Assembly: GCA_964627835.1 (NCBI GenBank)
Contig: CAZVLG010000174.1
Span: forward strand, 1,455 to 65,454
Source: an uncultured Bacteroides sp.
GTDB taxonomy: Bacteria > Bacteroidota > Bacteroidia > Bacteroidales > SM23-62
Reading direction: 5' to 3'
Length of the DNA: 64,000 nucleotides
Both the position numbers and the translations under genes were made by a program. Of this stretch, positions 1 through 9,959 are shown one piece after another. The notes beneath the pieces are model-generated. The model worked only from the letters and a program-made list of their open reading frames with translations. It ran no database searches and was not told the DNA's origin. Numbering within the stretch: position 1 is the stretch's first letter; each line of letters starts with the position of its first letter.

Positions 1-1238
1 AGAAAGACGGACGGGATTATGGCGTGGTTATTTCAAGGGAACTGTATGTCAATGACAAGCGGGAAGGACTATCGTATTATTTTTACGATGACGGCAGGAT
101 CAAGAGCGAGGTAAGTTACGTGAACGGGAAGAAGCAGGGACTCAGCAAAGAATATAGCAAAGAAGGAATGATCCGTTCACTTGTATATTATCATAACGGG
201 CAGATGACGGACAGGGAAGAAATTAACCGGCTTGATAAAAACGGGCAAAAGCAGGGGGTATGGAAAGATTTTTACCCGGATGGGAAATTGAAAACCGAAC
301 GGACATACCGGGACGGCATGCTGGATGGACTCTACAAAGAATTCAACAAAAAAGGGAATCTGGTTATGGTCATGAAATATGAAGAAGGACAAGTTGTTGC
401 AGAAGACGTATCAAGCGAGGAAAGCATAGAAATACGCAATGAATACAACGAACAGAACCGTCTTGTCAGAAGCGGGCCATATAGACAGAATGTTCCCATA
501 GGCATACACCGGGACTACAGTCCCCAGGGCGACATTATCGCAGCAAAGACTTACGATAATAACGGAAAAGTAATTGCCGAAGGAATCATCGACGAAGAAG
601 GCGACAAACAAGGCCCATGGAAAGATTTTTTCCCCGGGGGAAAACTCAAGGCAGAAGGGTGGTATACAGATAATTACAGGACAGGGAAATGGGTATTCTA
701 CAGGCCGAATGGCAGAGTTGAGCAAACCGGGGAATATAACCGGGGCAGGCCGCATGGGTTGTGGATTTGGTACTACGAAGACGGGAGCACCATGAGGGAA
801 GAATATTTTTTCAACGGCCGGGAAGATGGAAGGCTGATCGAGTATGCACCCGACGGAACAGTCATAACCCAGGGAGATTATATTGACGGGGAAAAAGAAG
901 GGAAATGGTATTACAAGGAAGGAGACCAGGTAGAGGTCGGAAGCTATATTACAGGACTGCGGGACGGCAAGTGGGAGTATTTTTACAAGGACGGGAACCT
1001 GAAATTTGAAGGTTATTATATACAGGGAAATCCCGATGGCAGGCATAAATTGTTCTATCAGAACGGAAATCTGAAAGAAGAAAGATATTACGTCATGGGC
1101 ATACGGGAAAAGAGCTGGAAAAAATACGACGAAGAGGGGAATCTTACCATGACAATCACTTATAAGAACGATATCGAAGCAAGGGTGAACGGGGTGAAGG
1201 TTGACCTGCCAGAAGGCTCGAGGATCCTGATTCAATAA
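1..1238 (+). CDS. MORN-variant (YwqK-like) repeat protein, 5' end cut by window edge
   Basis: ORF 24..1238 stays open upstream to nt 3, and the upstream codons (KDGRDYGVV) continue the repeat. Many tandem ~23-aa units of the type G-x-x-K-x-Y-Y-x-x-G-x-L-K-x-E, e.g. GLSYYFYDDGRIKSE, GVWKDFYPDGKLKTE, GKWEYFYKDGNLKFE. Confidence 0.8.
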   Translation, partial: KDGRDYGVVISRELYVNDKREGLSYYFYDDGRIKSEVSYVNGKKQGLSKEYSKEGMIRSLVYYHNGQMTDREEINRLDKNGQKQGVWKDFYPDGKLKTERTYRDGMLDGLYKEFNKKGNLVMVMKYEEGQVVAEDVSSEESIEIRNEYNEQNRLVRSGPYRQNVPIGIHRDYSPQGDIIAAKTYDNNGKVIAEGIIDEEGDKQGPWKDFFPGGKLKAEGWYTDNYRTGKWVFYRPNGRVEQTGEYNRGRPHGLWIWYYEDGSTMREEYFFNGREDGRLIEYAPDGTVITQGDYIDGEKEGKWYYKEGDQVEVGSYITGLRDGKWEYFYKDGNLKFEGYYIQGNPDGRHKLFYQNGNLKEERYYVMGIREKSWKKYDEEGNLTMTITYKNDIEARVNGVKVDLPEGSRILIQ

Positions 1239-1251
1239 GGCCTGAAATAAA

Positions 1252-2274
1252 ATGGAAGATAAATTTGGGATACATAGCGGGGGACTGACCGACCAGGACA
1301 GGGAATATGAACGAAGATTACGACCACTGAGTTTTTCGGATTTCAGAGGCCAGCCCAAAACTGTGGAAAACCTGAAAGTATATGTACAGGCCGCCCGCCA
1401 GAGAGGAGAAGCCCTGGACCACGTCCTGCTGCATGGACCGCCGGGACTAGGAAAGACCACCCTTGCCTATATCATATCCAATGAAATGGGTGTAAATCTC
1501 AGGGTAACATCCGGTCCGGTGCTGGACAAGCCGGGAGACCTGGCCGGGATATTGACAGGATTGGAAGAATCGGATGTTCTGTTCATCGATGAGATCCACA
1601 GGCTGCCTCCGGTGGTTGAAGAATATCTTTATTCTGCCATGGAAGATTACCGCATAGACCTGATGATCGACAAAGGGCCAAGCGCAAGGTCCATTCAACT
1701 CGGACTCAACGCCTTTACCCTGATTGGCGCCACCACCCGGTCCGGCCTCCTTACCAGTCCCCTTAGAGCCCGTTTCAGCATAAAGTTCCTGCTTGAATAT
1801 TACGATGCGGAGGTACTGAAGAAAATCATCCGGCGCTCGGCCGGAATCCTTGATGTGGAAATTAATGACAAGGCTTCAGGTGAACTGGCTTCCCGGAGCA
1901 GGGGCACCCCAAGAATTGCAAATGCTCTGTTAAGAAGGGTAAGGGATTTCGCGCAGGTGAAAGGGAGCGGTAAAATCGACCTGGATATTACCAGGTATTC
2001 GCTTGAGGCCATGAACATTGACCAGCACGGGCTGGATGAAATGGACAACAAAATCCTTTCCACCATCATTGAAAAATTCAAAGGAGGACCCGTGGGCATA
2101 TCTACCATAGCTACTGCTGTAGGTGAAGACGGGGGAACCATCGAAGAGGTCTACGAGCCTTTCCTGATCAAGGAAGGCTATATCAAAAGAACCCCAAGGG
2201 GAAGGCAGGTAACCGAGCGAGCATTCAGGCACCTGGGAAAACCATTGTTTGGAGATTCAGAAATCCAGTTCTGA
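1252..2274 (+). CDS. ruvB: Holliday junction branch migration helicase RuvB
   Basis: 340 aa. Walker [15 protein letters not shown], Walker [28 protein letters not shown] sensor region and [17 protein letters not shown], all typical of RuvB. Confidence 0.97.
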   Translation: MEDKFGIHSGGLTDQDREYERRLRPLSFSDFRGQPKTVENLKVYVQAARQRGEALDHVLLHGPPGLGKTTLAYIISNEMGVNLRVTSGPVLDKPGDLAGILTGLEESDVLFIDEIHRLPPVVEEYLYSAMEDYRIDLMIDKGPSARSIQLGLNAFTLIGATTRSGLLTSPLRARFSIKFLLEYYDAEVLKKIIRRSAGILDVEINDKASGELASRSRGTPRIANALLRRVRDFAQVKGSGKIDLDITRYSLEAMNIDQHGLDEMDNKILSTIIEKFKGGPVGISTIATAVGEDGGTIEEVYEPFLIKEGYIKRTPRGRQVTERAFRHLGKPLFGDSEIQF

Positions 2275-2281
2275 TACGGGA

Positions 2282-2989
2282 TCATTCGTAGAGGTTTCCA
2301 ATGCGGATAAGACCCGGTTCATCCAGGATCTTGATCTTTCTCCCGTTCAGTTCAATCAGCTGGTCCTGTTTAAATTCAGAGAGCAGGCGAATAACGGATT
2401 CCGTTGCCGTACCTACAATATTAGCCAGTTCCTCGCGGGTAAGGGAAATCTGCAGGACCTTATTGTCGTCCAGGCCAAAATCATTTTTAAGGTGAATCAG
2501 GATCTCCGCCAGACGCTCCCTTACCGTTTTCTGAGCAATGTCGGTGATGTAGGCGTTTGCTTCACCCAGTTCCTTGCAGGTTATCTGCATCAGCTCCATG
2601 GAAAAATTCCCATTGTGTTTTACGAGGTGAATCAGGGTTTCGGAAGGAATATAACAGGTAACAGCATCGTCGAGCACCTCCGCGGTGGTACAGGCAAGTT
2701 CATTGCTTAGAACCGAACGAAAACCGATAATATCACCGGTCTGTGCAAATCGTATGATCTGTTCCTTTCCGTCGATGCCGGTCTTGAATACCTTAATGAT
2801 GCCTTTCTGAATAAAGTAACAACCGTTGATCCTGTTGCTTTCACGGTAGATAACCGACCCTCGCTTGAATTGTTCGACGGTCTTTTCAAAATTCAGCAGG
2901 TCGAGCTCTTCCCTGGTCAGATGCTTGAAAATGGAGTTTGAGCTGACCAGACAACCATCATCGCAAGATAAGGATTGGGGATTTTTCAT
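2282..2989 (-). CDS. Crp/Fnr family transcriptional regulator
   Basis: 235 aa. N-terminal cNMP-binding-like beta-roll (GSVIYRESNRINGCYFIQKGIIKVFK...GDIIGF). C-terminal HTH (LTREELANIVGTATESVIRLLSEFK). Confidence 0.85.
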   Translation of the reverse strand: MKNPQSLSCDDGCLVSSNSIFKHLTREELDLLNFEKTVEQFKRGSVIYRESNRINGCYFIQKGIIKVFKTGIDGKEQIIRFAQTGDIIGFRSVLSNELACTTAEVLDDAVTCYIPSETLIHLVKHNGNFSMELMQITCKELGEANAYITDIAQKTVRERLAEILIHLKNDFGLDDNKVLQISLTREELANIVGTATESVIRLLSEFKQDQLIELNGRKIKILDEPGLIRIGNLYE

Positions 2990-3052
2990 ACACCACAGAT
3001 AGACCTACGATAAAGTACGGAAATAACGGCTGTGCAATATACAATTTATCCC

Positions 3053-3060
3053 TAACTTTG
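3053..3060 (+). promoter_or_regulatory. candidate Bacteroidota -7 promoter box TAACTTTG (TAnnTTTG) for the OsmC-family gene
   Basis: Exact match to the TAnnTTTG consensus, 21 nt upstream of the ATG at 3081. Confidence 0.4.
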
Positions 3061-3078
3061 CGAATTAATTATTTGCAA
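3058..3078. promoter_or_regulatory. 21-bp imperfect palindrome TTGCGAATTAATTATTTGCAA, possible operator
   Basis: 8 of 10 symmetric positions pair around centre 3068. Overlaps the -7 box and ends 3 nt before the OsmC-family start. Lies in the divergent region shared with the Crp/Fnr gene. Confidence 0.35.
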
Positions 3079-3080
3079 AA

Positions 3081-3500
3081 ATGAAGAAGGAAAAAATCAA
3101 TCTGAAATGGACGGAAGGCATGTCCTTCGAGGCTGACATGGCGGGTTACAAGGTCGTAATCGATTCAGATCCGGAGTTCGGGGGACAGGGCAAAGGACCC
3201 AAACCAAAGCCATTAATGATGTTAGCCCTGGCAGGTTGCACGGGCATGGATCTCATCTCACTGATGAACAAGATGAGGGTTGAATACGATAGCCTGAATG
3301 TCGTTATTGAGAGCGACCTGACCGAAGAACACCCGAAACATTTCACAAGAATGAAAGTAATCTACGAGATCGGGGGTAATAATGTTGACCGGAATAAAGT
3401 AGAAAAAGCCGTGAACATGAGCAAGGATAAATATTGCGGAGTGAGCTATTCCTACAAGAAGGCAATGGATCTCGAATATGAAATTAAAATACTGGAATGA
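3081..3500 (+). CDS. OsmC/Ohr family (peroxiredoxin-like) protein
   Basis: 139 aa. GGQGKGPKPKPLMMLALAGCTGMD and DKYCGVS segments carry the two conserved Cys of OsmC-family proteins. Confidence 0.85.
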   Translation: MKKEKINLKWTEGMSFEADMAGYKVVIDSDPEFGGQGKGPKPKPLMMLALAGCTGMDLISLMNKMRVEYDSLNVVIESDLTEEHPKHFTRMKVIYEIGGNNVDRNKVEKAVNMSKDKYCGVSYSYKKAMDLEYEIKILE

Positions 3501-3583
3501 AAAAGAATGTTATCGCGCCGTGGTACAGGAATTCAGGGTTCGCCCTCATCTTGTGCTGACCTGACGCAGGGACAGGAAAATCA

Positions 3584-4603
3584 TTACCAGGCCGAACGGA
3601 ACTGGTCAAGAAAACGCTTGTCGTTCTCAAAGTAAAGCCGCAGATCATTAATCTGGTATTTCAGCATGGCAATACGCTCGACACCCATTCCAAAAGCGTA
3701 ACCCGTGTATTTTTCTGAATCAATATGACAATTCTCAAGTACATTGGGATCCACCATTCCGCACCCCATGATTTCCACCCAGCCGGTATGTTTGCAGACA
3801 TTGCATCCGCTTCCCCCGCAGATACTGCATGAGATATCCATTTCGGCAGAAGGCTCTGTGAAAGGGAAAAAAGAAGGACGCAACCGTATCTCGGTCTGGT
3901 GCCCAAACAATTCACGGGCAAAATACAGCAATATTTGCCGCATGTCAGCGAACGAAACACCCTCGTCAATGTATAATCCTTCCACCTGATGAAAAATGCA
4001 ATGTGCGCGCGCAGAGATAGCTTCATTGCGAAATACCCGCCCCGGAGAGATGGTACGGATCGGGGGCTGCTGTTTTTCCATTACCCGTACCTGAACAGAA
4101 GAAGTGTGGGTACGTAACAAAATATCCGGATTCCTACGGATGAAAAAGGTGTCTTGCATGTCCCTGGCCGGATGATCATGGGGAAAGTTAAGCGCAGAAA
4201 AAACATGCCAGTCATCCTCAATTTCAGGTCCTTCGGAAATCACAAAGCCAACACGAGAAAAAATATCTATGATTTCACGCCTGACTATGGAAACAGGATG
4301 CCTGGAACCGAGCGGCATCTGTACGCCGGGACGGGTAAGATCTGGCTTTTCTTCGCCGGGGTGTTTATTTACACCGGAAAACCTGAAATCTTCGAGTTTC
4401 TGAAGGGCAAGCTGTTTCAGGTCGTTTAGCTTCTGTCCAAATTCTTTTTTTTGTTCAGAAGGAAGAGCCCTGAAAGCATTGAACAACTCAGAGACAAGTC
4501 CCTTTTTACTGAGATAGCGAAGCTTGAACGATTCCGTCTCTTCTTGGGAATGGGACTGAAATGCAAGAATTTCCTTTTTTATTCTGTCGATCTGTTCAAG
4601 CAT
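3584..4603 (-). CDS. pheS: phenylalanine--tRNA ligase alpha subunit
   Basis: 339 aa. Class II aaRS motifs: HPARDMQDTFF, FRNEAISARAH, FPFTEPSAEMD, GMGVERIAMLKY. Confidence 0.95.
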   Translation of the reverse strand: MLEQIDRIKKEILAFQSHSQEETESFKLRYLSKKGLVSELFNAFRALPSEQKKEFGQKLNDLKQLALQKLEDFRFSGVNKHPGEEKPDLTRPGVQMPLGSRHPVSIVRREIIDIFSRVGFVISEGPEIEDDWHVFSALNFPHDHPARDMQDTFFIRRNPDILLRTHTSSVQVRVMEKQQPPIRTISPGRVFRNEAISARAHCIFHQVEGLYIDEGVSFADMRQILLYFARELFGHQTEIRLRPSFFPFTEPSAEMDISCSICGGSGCNVCKHTGWVEIMGCGMVDPNVLENCHIDSEKYTGYAFGMGVERIAMLKYQINDLRLYFENDKRFLDQFRSAW

Positions 4604-4633
4604 GCCATGAAATGTTGAACAAAAATAAAGAAA

Positions 4634-5305
4634 TTAGTTAAGAACCGTGATCCTGATAATTTTGATATCTTCTATGGGGCGGTCCCTTGAATCTGTAGGT
4701 ACCGATGCAATCTCATCGAGTACATCAAAACCCTCCACCACTGCACCAAAAACCGTGTACGCATAATCAAGATGCGGGGCGCCCCCGGAAGTACCGTACA
4801 ACGTTCTCTGTTCAGGAGTGAATTTTATATGCGATCCAGAGGCCACCATGGCATCCAGGTCTGCATCGGTCATTTTTCTGCCCTGCACGATATAAAACTG
4901 CGATCCATTAGACTCACGGGAAGGATTGACCTGGTCTCCCTGGCGGGCTGCCCCAAGGGCTCCCCTCCTGTGATAAAGGCCCGGATGGAATTCTGCAGGT
5001 ATTTTGTAACCCGAATCACCGTATCCCAGTGCAATATCCTTAGGCGCATCCCGGGAATTCGGATCCCCCGATTGTATCATAAAATCAAGGATCACCCGAT
5101 GAAAGAGAAGGCCGTTGTAAAAACCTTCTTTTGCCAGCTTGATAAAGTTTTCAGAATGGAAGGGTGTTTCCTCGTATAGGATACAGCGGAGGTTCCCCAT
5201 GCTGGTTTCTATGAGCACCGTAAATGCGGGTGTCTGGGAAAATAACTGACGCTGCCCTGCAAAAACCAGAACAAAAAGCAGGAATATTTGTATTCTGTTT
5301 ATCAT
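4634..5305 (-). CDS. cyclophilin-type peptidyl-prolyl cis-trans isomerase, secreted
   Basis: 223 aa with N-terminal signal peptide. FHRVILDFMIQSGDP and SNGSQFYIV motifs of cyclophilins. Confidence 0.9.
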   Translation of the reverse strand: MINRIQIFLLFVLVFAGQRQLFSQTPAFTVLIETSMGNLRCILYEETPFHSENFIKLAKEGFYNGLLFHRVILDFMIQSGDPNSRDAPKDIALGYGDSGYKIPAEFHPGLYHRRGALGAARQGDQVNPSRESNGSQFYIVQGRKMTDADLDAMVASGSHIKFTPEQRTLYGTSGGAPHLDYAYTVFGAVVEGFDVLDEIASVPTDSRDRPIEDIKIIRITVLN

Positions 5306-5344
5306 CTTCTAGTAACTTGAAGTCACAAAACTAAATCATTTCCC

Positions 5345-6202
5345 TTGAAAAAGAAAACCATACTGATCGCAGGATATACAGGCACGATTGGGAGCGCCAT
5401 GGCAGATCATCTGAAACAGCATCGTATTATCGGCATCGGGAGAAAGGATTTTCAGAAAAACGATTCAGAATTTGTAAGAGAATACGAAAAAGCCGATATG
5501 ATCCTGAATTTTGCCGGGACCCCGGTCATACGAAGATGGACCTCCCGGAACAGGAGGAAGATAATGGAAAGCAGGATCCTAACAACAAAAAAACTTGGTT
5601 TGATATTGAATAACGGAACGCCAAAGGAAAGGCATTTAATTAATGCATCCGCCGTTGGCATTTATTCAGGCCAGGGCATTCATACAGAAAAAAGCATGAT
5701 TAAAGCAGAAGGATTCATGCGGCAAGTCGTGGATGAATGGGAAAAAGAAGCTCTTCAGCTTGCAGGAAAAAACAGCAAGGTTGCGGTTCTCAGGATAGGG
5801 GTTGTTCTGAGCAAACAGGGAGGCATGCCCGGGAGGCTGCTGCCTCTGTTTAAATGGGGACTCGGAGGGCGCATTGGAAGCGGGAAACAGGCTTTTGCCT
5901 GGATACATATAATGGATCTTTTAAGGGCCACAGAAAATATTCTGGAACAGGGGAAGACTGGGATCTATAATCTGGTAGCTCCTGGCATATGCACGAACCG
6001 TGAATTCACACGCATACTTAGCCGGATATTGCACCGACCGGCCATCCTTGCGGTTCCGGTCATTGCACTGAGGCTGATTTATGGAAAAGGGGCAGAAGTG
6101 CTAAGCGGGGGACAGTACGTGCTACCGGAAAGATTGAAAAAGGAAGGGTTTGTATTCAGATACCCGGACCTGGAAACCGCCTTGCTGGATATTGTTAATT
6201 AA
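5345..6202 (+). CDS. TIGR01777/YfcH-like epimerase family protein (NAD-binding Rossmann plus DUF1731-like C-terminus)
   Basis: 285 aa, TTG start. GYTGTIGSA glycine loop, ILNFAGTPVIRRW, SAVGIYS, GSGKQAFAWIHIMD, and a C-terminal GFVFRYPDLETAL pattern typical of this family. Confidence 0.75.
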   Translation: MKKKTILIAGYTGTIGSAMADHLKQHRIIGIGRKDFQKNDSEFVREYEKADMILNFAGTPVIRRWTSRNRRKIMESRILTTKKLGLILNNGTPKERHLINASAVGIYSGQGIHTEKSMIKAEGFMRQVVDEWEKEALQLAGKNSKVAVLRIGVVLSKQGGMPGRLLPLFKWGLGGRIGSGKQAFAWIHIMDLLRATENILEQGKTGIYNLVAPGICTNREFTRILSRILHRPAILAVPVIALRLIYGKGAEVLSGGQYVLPERLKKEGFVFRYPDLETALLDIVN

Positions 6203-6259
6203 TTTACCCTTTGTGCATGCCCTGATTTAACGCGGCAAACTATCTTTGAGCAGAATCTG

Positions 6260-7744
6260 GTGGATGGCGTGAATCCAATTAAACAATTGTTCGGACAGAC
6301 GGCAGTTTATGGTTTTGGAACCGTAGTGCCCAGGCTTCTTAATTACCTGCTTCTTACACCCTTTTTCACCCGGGTATTTGAACTTGGCGAATACGGGGTG
6401 GTAACGGAATTATATGCCTACGTCGTATTCCTTATGATCATCCTCACATACGGGATGGAAACGGGCTATTTCCGATATGCACAGTTAAATAAAAATGGCG
6501 AGGAAGTTTTCAGTACCAGCATGCTGTCGCTGTTGTTCACCTCCGGCGGATTCATTTTCCTTGTAAGTATGTTCCACGGGAATATTGCCTCCTTACTGGG
6601 TTATGAGAACCAGCCGGAATTTATTCTGTGGATTGGAATAATTGTTGGTATCGATGCTTTTACAGCCATCCCCTTTGCACGGTTACGATGGGAAAACAAG
6701 GCCTTAAAATTTGCCACCATACGCGTGGCAAGCGTGATCCTGAACATAGGCTTGAATTTCGCCTTCCTGTATTTTATACCAAAAGTTGCATCTGAAAAAG
6801 GCCTTCCTGACTGGCTGGATGCAGTTTATAACCCAGACATAGGAGTGGGGTATGTCTTTATTTCCAATGTTGCATCGAGTGCGTTTACGCTTTTATTATT
6901 ACTCGGAACCATCGCCAGGATGAGGTTTCGGTTCAATGCCGGGCTCTGGAAAAAAATGCTGTCCTACTCCTTCCCGCTGCTTGTTGCGGGAATGGCCGGA
7001 ACCATCAATGAAGCGCTTGACCGGATATTGCTGAAACATCTGCTGAGCGATCCGGATACGGCACTCGCACAGCTGGGAGTGTACGGCGCCAATTATAAAA
7101 TAGCAGTATTGATGACGCTTTTCATCCAGATGTTCCGGTATGCCAGTGAACCCTTCTATTTTGGACAGGCAGAACGGAAAAACGCCAGGGAGCTTTTTGC
7201 AGAGGTAATGAAATATTTCATAATTGCCGCCATCGGGATATTTCTCGTAGTCACCCTGTACATGGATGTGTTCAAGCATTTTATAGGAGGTGCCTTTCGC
7301 GGTGGACTACACATCGTCCCCGTAATACTTCTGGCCAATCTGTTGCTGGGCGTGTTTTTTAATTTATCCATATGGTATAAGTTGAATAACCTGACACGCT
7401 TTGGAGCCATGATAACCCTTATGGGTGCAGGCATCACTTTCCTGATAAACTGGTTTTACATTCCGGTATACGGATATACCGCCTCTGCCTGGGCACATGT
7501 GGCATGCTACGGAAGCATGGTTCTGGTCTCCTGGCTGCTTGGACGGAAATATTACAGGATTCAATACCCGATGGGAAGAATCGGATTGTATGTGTTTATT
7601 GCCCTTATTATTTTTGTTCTTGCCTATTATGCAGGAAACATGCCACGCGGCCTTAATTTGTTGTTTAATACCGCATTATTGGCAGGATTTAGTATAATTG
7701 TCGTTCTTAAAGAACGCAGGGACATACGAAAGCTCAACACATAA
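6260..7744 (+). CDS. MOP-superfamily polysaccharide/oligosaccharide flippase (Wzx-like)
   Basis: 494 aa, GTG start, about 12-14 hydrophobic helices along the whole length. Sits directly upstream of dut, as commonly seen in Bacteroidota. Confidence 0.7.
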   Translation: MDGVNPIKQLFGQTAVYGFGTVVPRLLNYLLLTPFFTRVFELGEYGVVTELYAYVVFLMIILTYGMETGYFRYAQLNKNGEEVFSTSMLSLLFTSGGFIFLVSMFHGNIASLLGYENQPEFILWIGIIVGIDAFTAIPFARLRWENKALKFATIRVASVILNIGLNFAFLYFIPKVASEKGLPDWLDAVYNPDIGVGYVFISNVASSAFTLLLLLGTIARMRFRFNAGLWKKMLSYSFPLLVAGMAGTINEALDRILLKHLLSDPDTALAQLGVYGANYKIAVLMTLFIQMFRYASEPFYFGQAERKNARELFAEVMKYFIIAAIGIFLVVTLYMDVFKHFIGGAFRGGLHIVPVILLANLLLGVFFNLSIWYKLNNLTRFGAMITLMGAGITFLINWFYIPVYGYTASAWAHVACYGSMVLVSWLLGRKYYRIQYPMGRIGLYVFIALIIFVLAYYAGNMPRGLNLLFNTALLAGFSIIVVLKERRDIRKLNT

Positions 7745-7753
7745 ATTAATAAA

Positions 7754-8185
7754 ATGAAAATCAGGATAGTGAACCGATCAAAACACCCATTGCCGGCCTA
7801 CAGCACAGCCTTGTCCGCGGGAATGGATCTGAGGGCAAACCTGGACGAAGCGATTGTTATTGGTCCGGGGGAAAGAATGCTGGTCCCGACAGGCTTATTT
7901 ATGGAACTGCCCCCCAATTACGAAGCTCAGATTCGACCACGCAGCGGATTGGCATTGAAAAAAGGCATTACGGTGCTGAATACACCGGGAACCATTGATT
8001 CCGATTACCGGGGCGAAGTAGGCATCATACTTATTAACCTGTCGGAAAAAGCCTTTGTGATTAAAGACGGAGAACGCATATGCCAGATGATCGTGGCAAA
8101 ACATGAAACCATTGAATGGAATGAGACCAACAGCCTGAATGACACCGCAAGGGGAAGTGGAGGATTCGGACATACCGGGCAATAA
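7754..8185 (+). CDS. dut: dUTP diphosphatase
   Basis: 143 aa. [26 protein letters not shown] and [10 protein letters not shown] dUTPase motifs. Confidence 0.95.
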   Translation: MKIRIVNRSKHPLPAYSTALSAGMDLRANLDEAIVIGPGERMLVPTGLFMELPPNYEAQIRPRSGLALKKGITVLNTPGTIDSDYRGEVGIILINLSEKAFVIKDGERICQMIVAKHETIEWNETNSLNDTARGSGGFGHTGQ

Positions 8186-8228
8186 GAATGCAATGTGAAG
8201 CGTAAATAAGAGGCAACGGAGAAAGAAA

Positions 8229-9959
8229 ATGAATGCAAGAAAGAAAATAAAATATTATCTGCTGATTTCAGCGGTAACAGGGATTATGCTGGCAGGATGC
8301 AAGGGAACAGAAAAAACCGTTGTGGTGAATGCTCCTAAAACCATGAGCGAAAGCCAGCAGCGGGAATATAATTATGCCCTGACCGAAGCAACCAAGCAAA
8401 AACTTTTCGGGAACTTTAAACAGGCGGCTGCATTGTATAGAAAATGCATAGAAGTGAATCCTTACAGCGATGCGGCATACTTCCAGCTGTCGGGCATATA
8501 TATGGTTGGAAGGAATTTAAATGCAGCAAAGGTTGTGAATCGGAAAGCATGCGTGCTTGCCCCGGATAACTACTGGTATAAAATACAAATGGCCCAGCTG
8601 TATTTGATGACCAGGGAAGTTGATAGTGCGGCAAGCGTATATGAAGAAATACTGGAAAGATGGCCGGAGAAAATCGAAGTAAAATATGAATTAAGCCGCC
8701 TGTATTCGGAGATAGGGAAAACCCAAAGGGCGCTGAAAATGCTTAATGAAATAGAATCTGAAAACGGGATATCGGAACCCGTTTCCCTGCTTAAAGAGCA
8801 AATATATGTTAGGGAGAAAAAATACGATATGGCCATTGCAGAGCTGGAAGCATTGATCCAAGCGGCTCCGGAAGAAATCAGATATCTGGGAATCCTGGCT
8901 GAGCTTTACACAACTATTGAAAGAAAAGAAGAAGCCATGGACACCTATAAAAAAATATTTCAGATAGAACCGGAAAACGGGATTGCACAGCTTTCTATGG
9001 CTGAATTTTACAGGCTGGATAATAATCGGGATAAACAATTTGAGTATCTGGGATTGGCATTCAGGAACAATTCCTTGGAAGTGGACAGGAAAATGAATGT
9101 GCTGATTGATTTTCTTACAAATGAAAGCTTATTCCTGGAATACGAAAGCGAAATAGATACCCTGATAAGGATATTGACCAAAATGCATCCGGATGACTAC
9201 AGGGTAAAGACAGCCAGAGCGGATTTTATGGCCAAACAGGAAAAATATGAGGAAGCCCTGGAAATATATGAAGAAGTTCTTGAGGAGCAAAAAGGAAATT
9301 ACTTCATATGGGAACAGACTGTATTTATTGAAAACATACTGGGAAATACAGATAAGGTTTACGAAAAGTGTAAGGAAGCCATGCAATATTTTCCGGACAA
9401 ACCCTTTCTCTATCTTTTTTATGGGAATGCAGCCATGCAGAAAGAAGAATATAAGGAAGCCATTCGTTCTCTTGAACAGGGATTGAAATATGTAGAAAAT
9501 AACATTCCGCTTACCGTGCAATTCTATTCTTTTCTGGCAGAAGCCTGGAGAAATCAGGAACAATATGAAAAATCGGATGAATATTTTGAAAAAGCACTGG
9601 AAATGGAGCCGGACAATATAATGATTTTAAACAATTATAGCTATTACCTTGCCTTGAGGGAAGAAAAATTGGATAAGGCTGAAAAGATGAGCAGGCAGAC
9701 CATTCTGGCAGAACCTGAGAATCCCACATACCTGGACACCTATGCCTGGATATTATTTAAAGAAGGAAGGTTAAGCGAGGCTCGGAAGTACATGGAAAAA
9801 GCGATGGCGAATGGAGGTAATGAAGATCCCGATATACTTGAGCATTACGGAGATATTCTGGATAAAATGGGAAACCGGAAAGATGCTGAAAAATACTGGA
9901 ATATCGCCATTGAAAAAGGCGGGAACGCCGAAAATATAGGGGGAAAATTGAATGAATAG
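8229..9959 (+). CDS. tetratricopeptide-repeat lipoprotein
   Basis: 576 aa. Lipobox IMLAGC at the N-terminus and many 34-aa TPR-like units (e.g. AAALYRKCIEVNPYSDAAYFQLSGIY). Confidence 0.75.
   Translation: MNARKKIKYYLLISAVTGIMLAGCKGTEKTVVVNAPKTMSESQQREYNYALTEATKQKLFGNFKQAAALYRKCIEVNPYSDAAYFQLSGIYMVGRNLNAAKVVNRKACVLAPDNYWYKIQMAQLYLMTREVDSAASVYEEILERWPEKIEVKYELSRLYSEIGKTQRALKMLNEIESENGISEPVSLLKEQIYVREKKYDMAIAELEALIQAAPEEIRYLGILAELYTTIERKEEAMDTYKKIFQIEPENGIAQLSMAEFYRLDNNRDKQFEYLGLAFRNNSLEVDRKMNVLIDFLTNESLFLEYESEIDTLIRILTKMHPDDYRVKTARADFMAKQEKYEEALEIYEEVLEEQKGNYFIWEQTVFIENILGNTDKVYEKCKEAMQYFPDKPFLYLFYGNAAMQKEEYKEAIRSLEQGLKYVENNIPLTVQFYSFLAEAWRNQEQYEKSDEYFEKALEMEPDNIMILNNYSYYLALREEKLDKAEKMSRQTILAEPENPTYLDTYAWILFKEGRLSEARKYMEKAMANGGNEDPDILEHYGDILDKMGNRKDAEKYWNIAIEKGGNAENIGGKLNE

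Noticed and set aside
411-1460. 349-aa minus-strand ORF antisense to the MORN-repeat gene and the start of ruvB
   Set aside because: It has no recognisable motif and a Pro/Ser/Phe-rich low-complexity composition. It fully mirrors two plus-strand genes with strong family signatures. It is most likely a shadow ORF created by the codon bias of the true genes.
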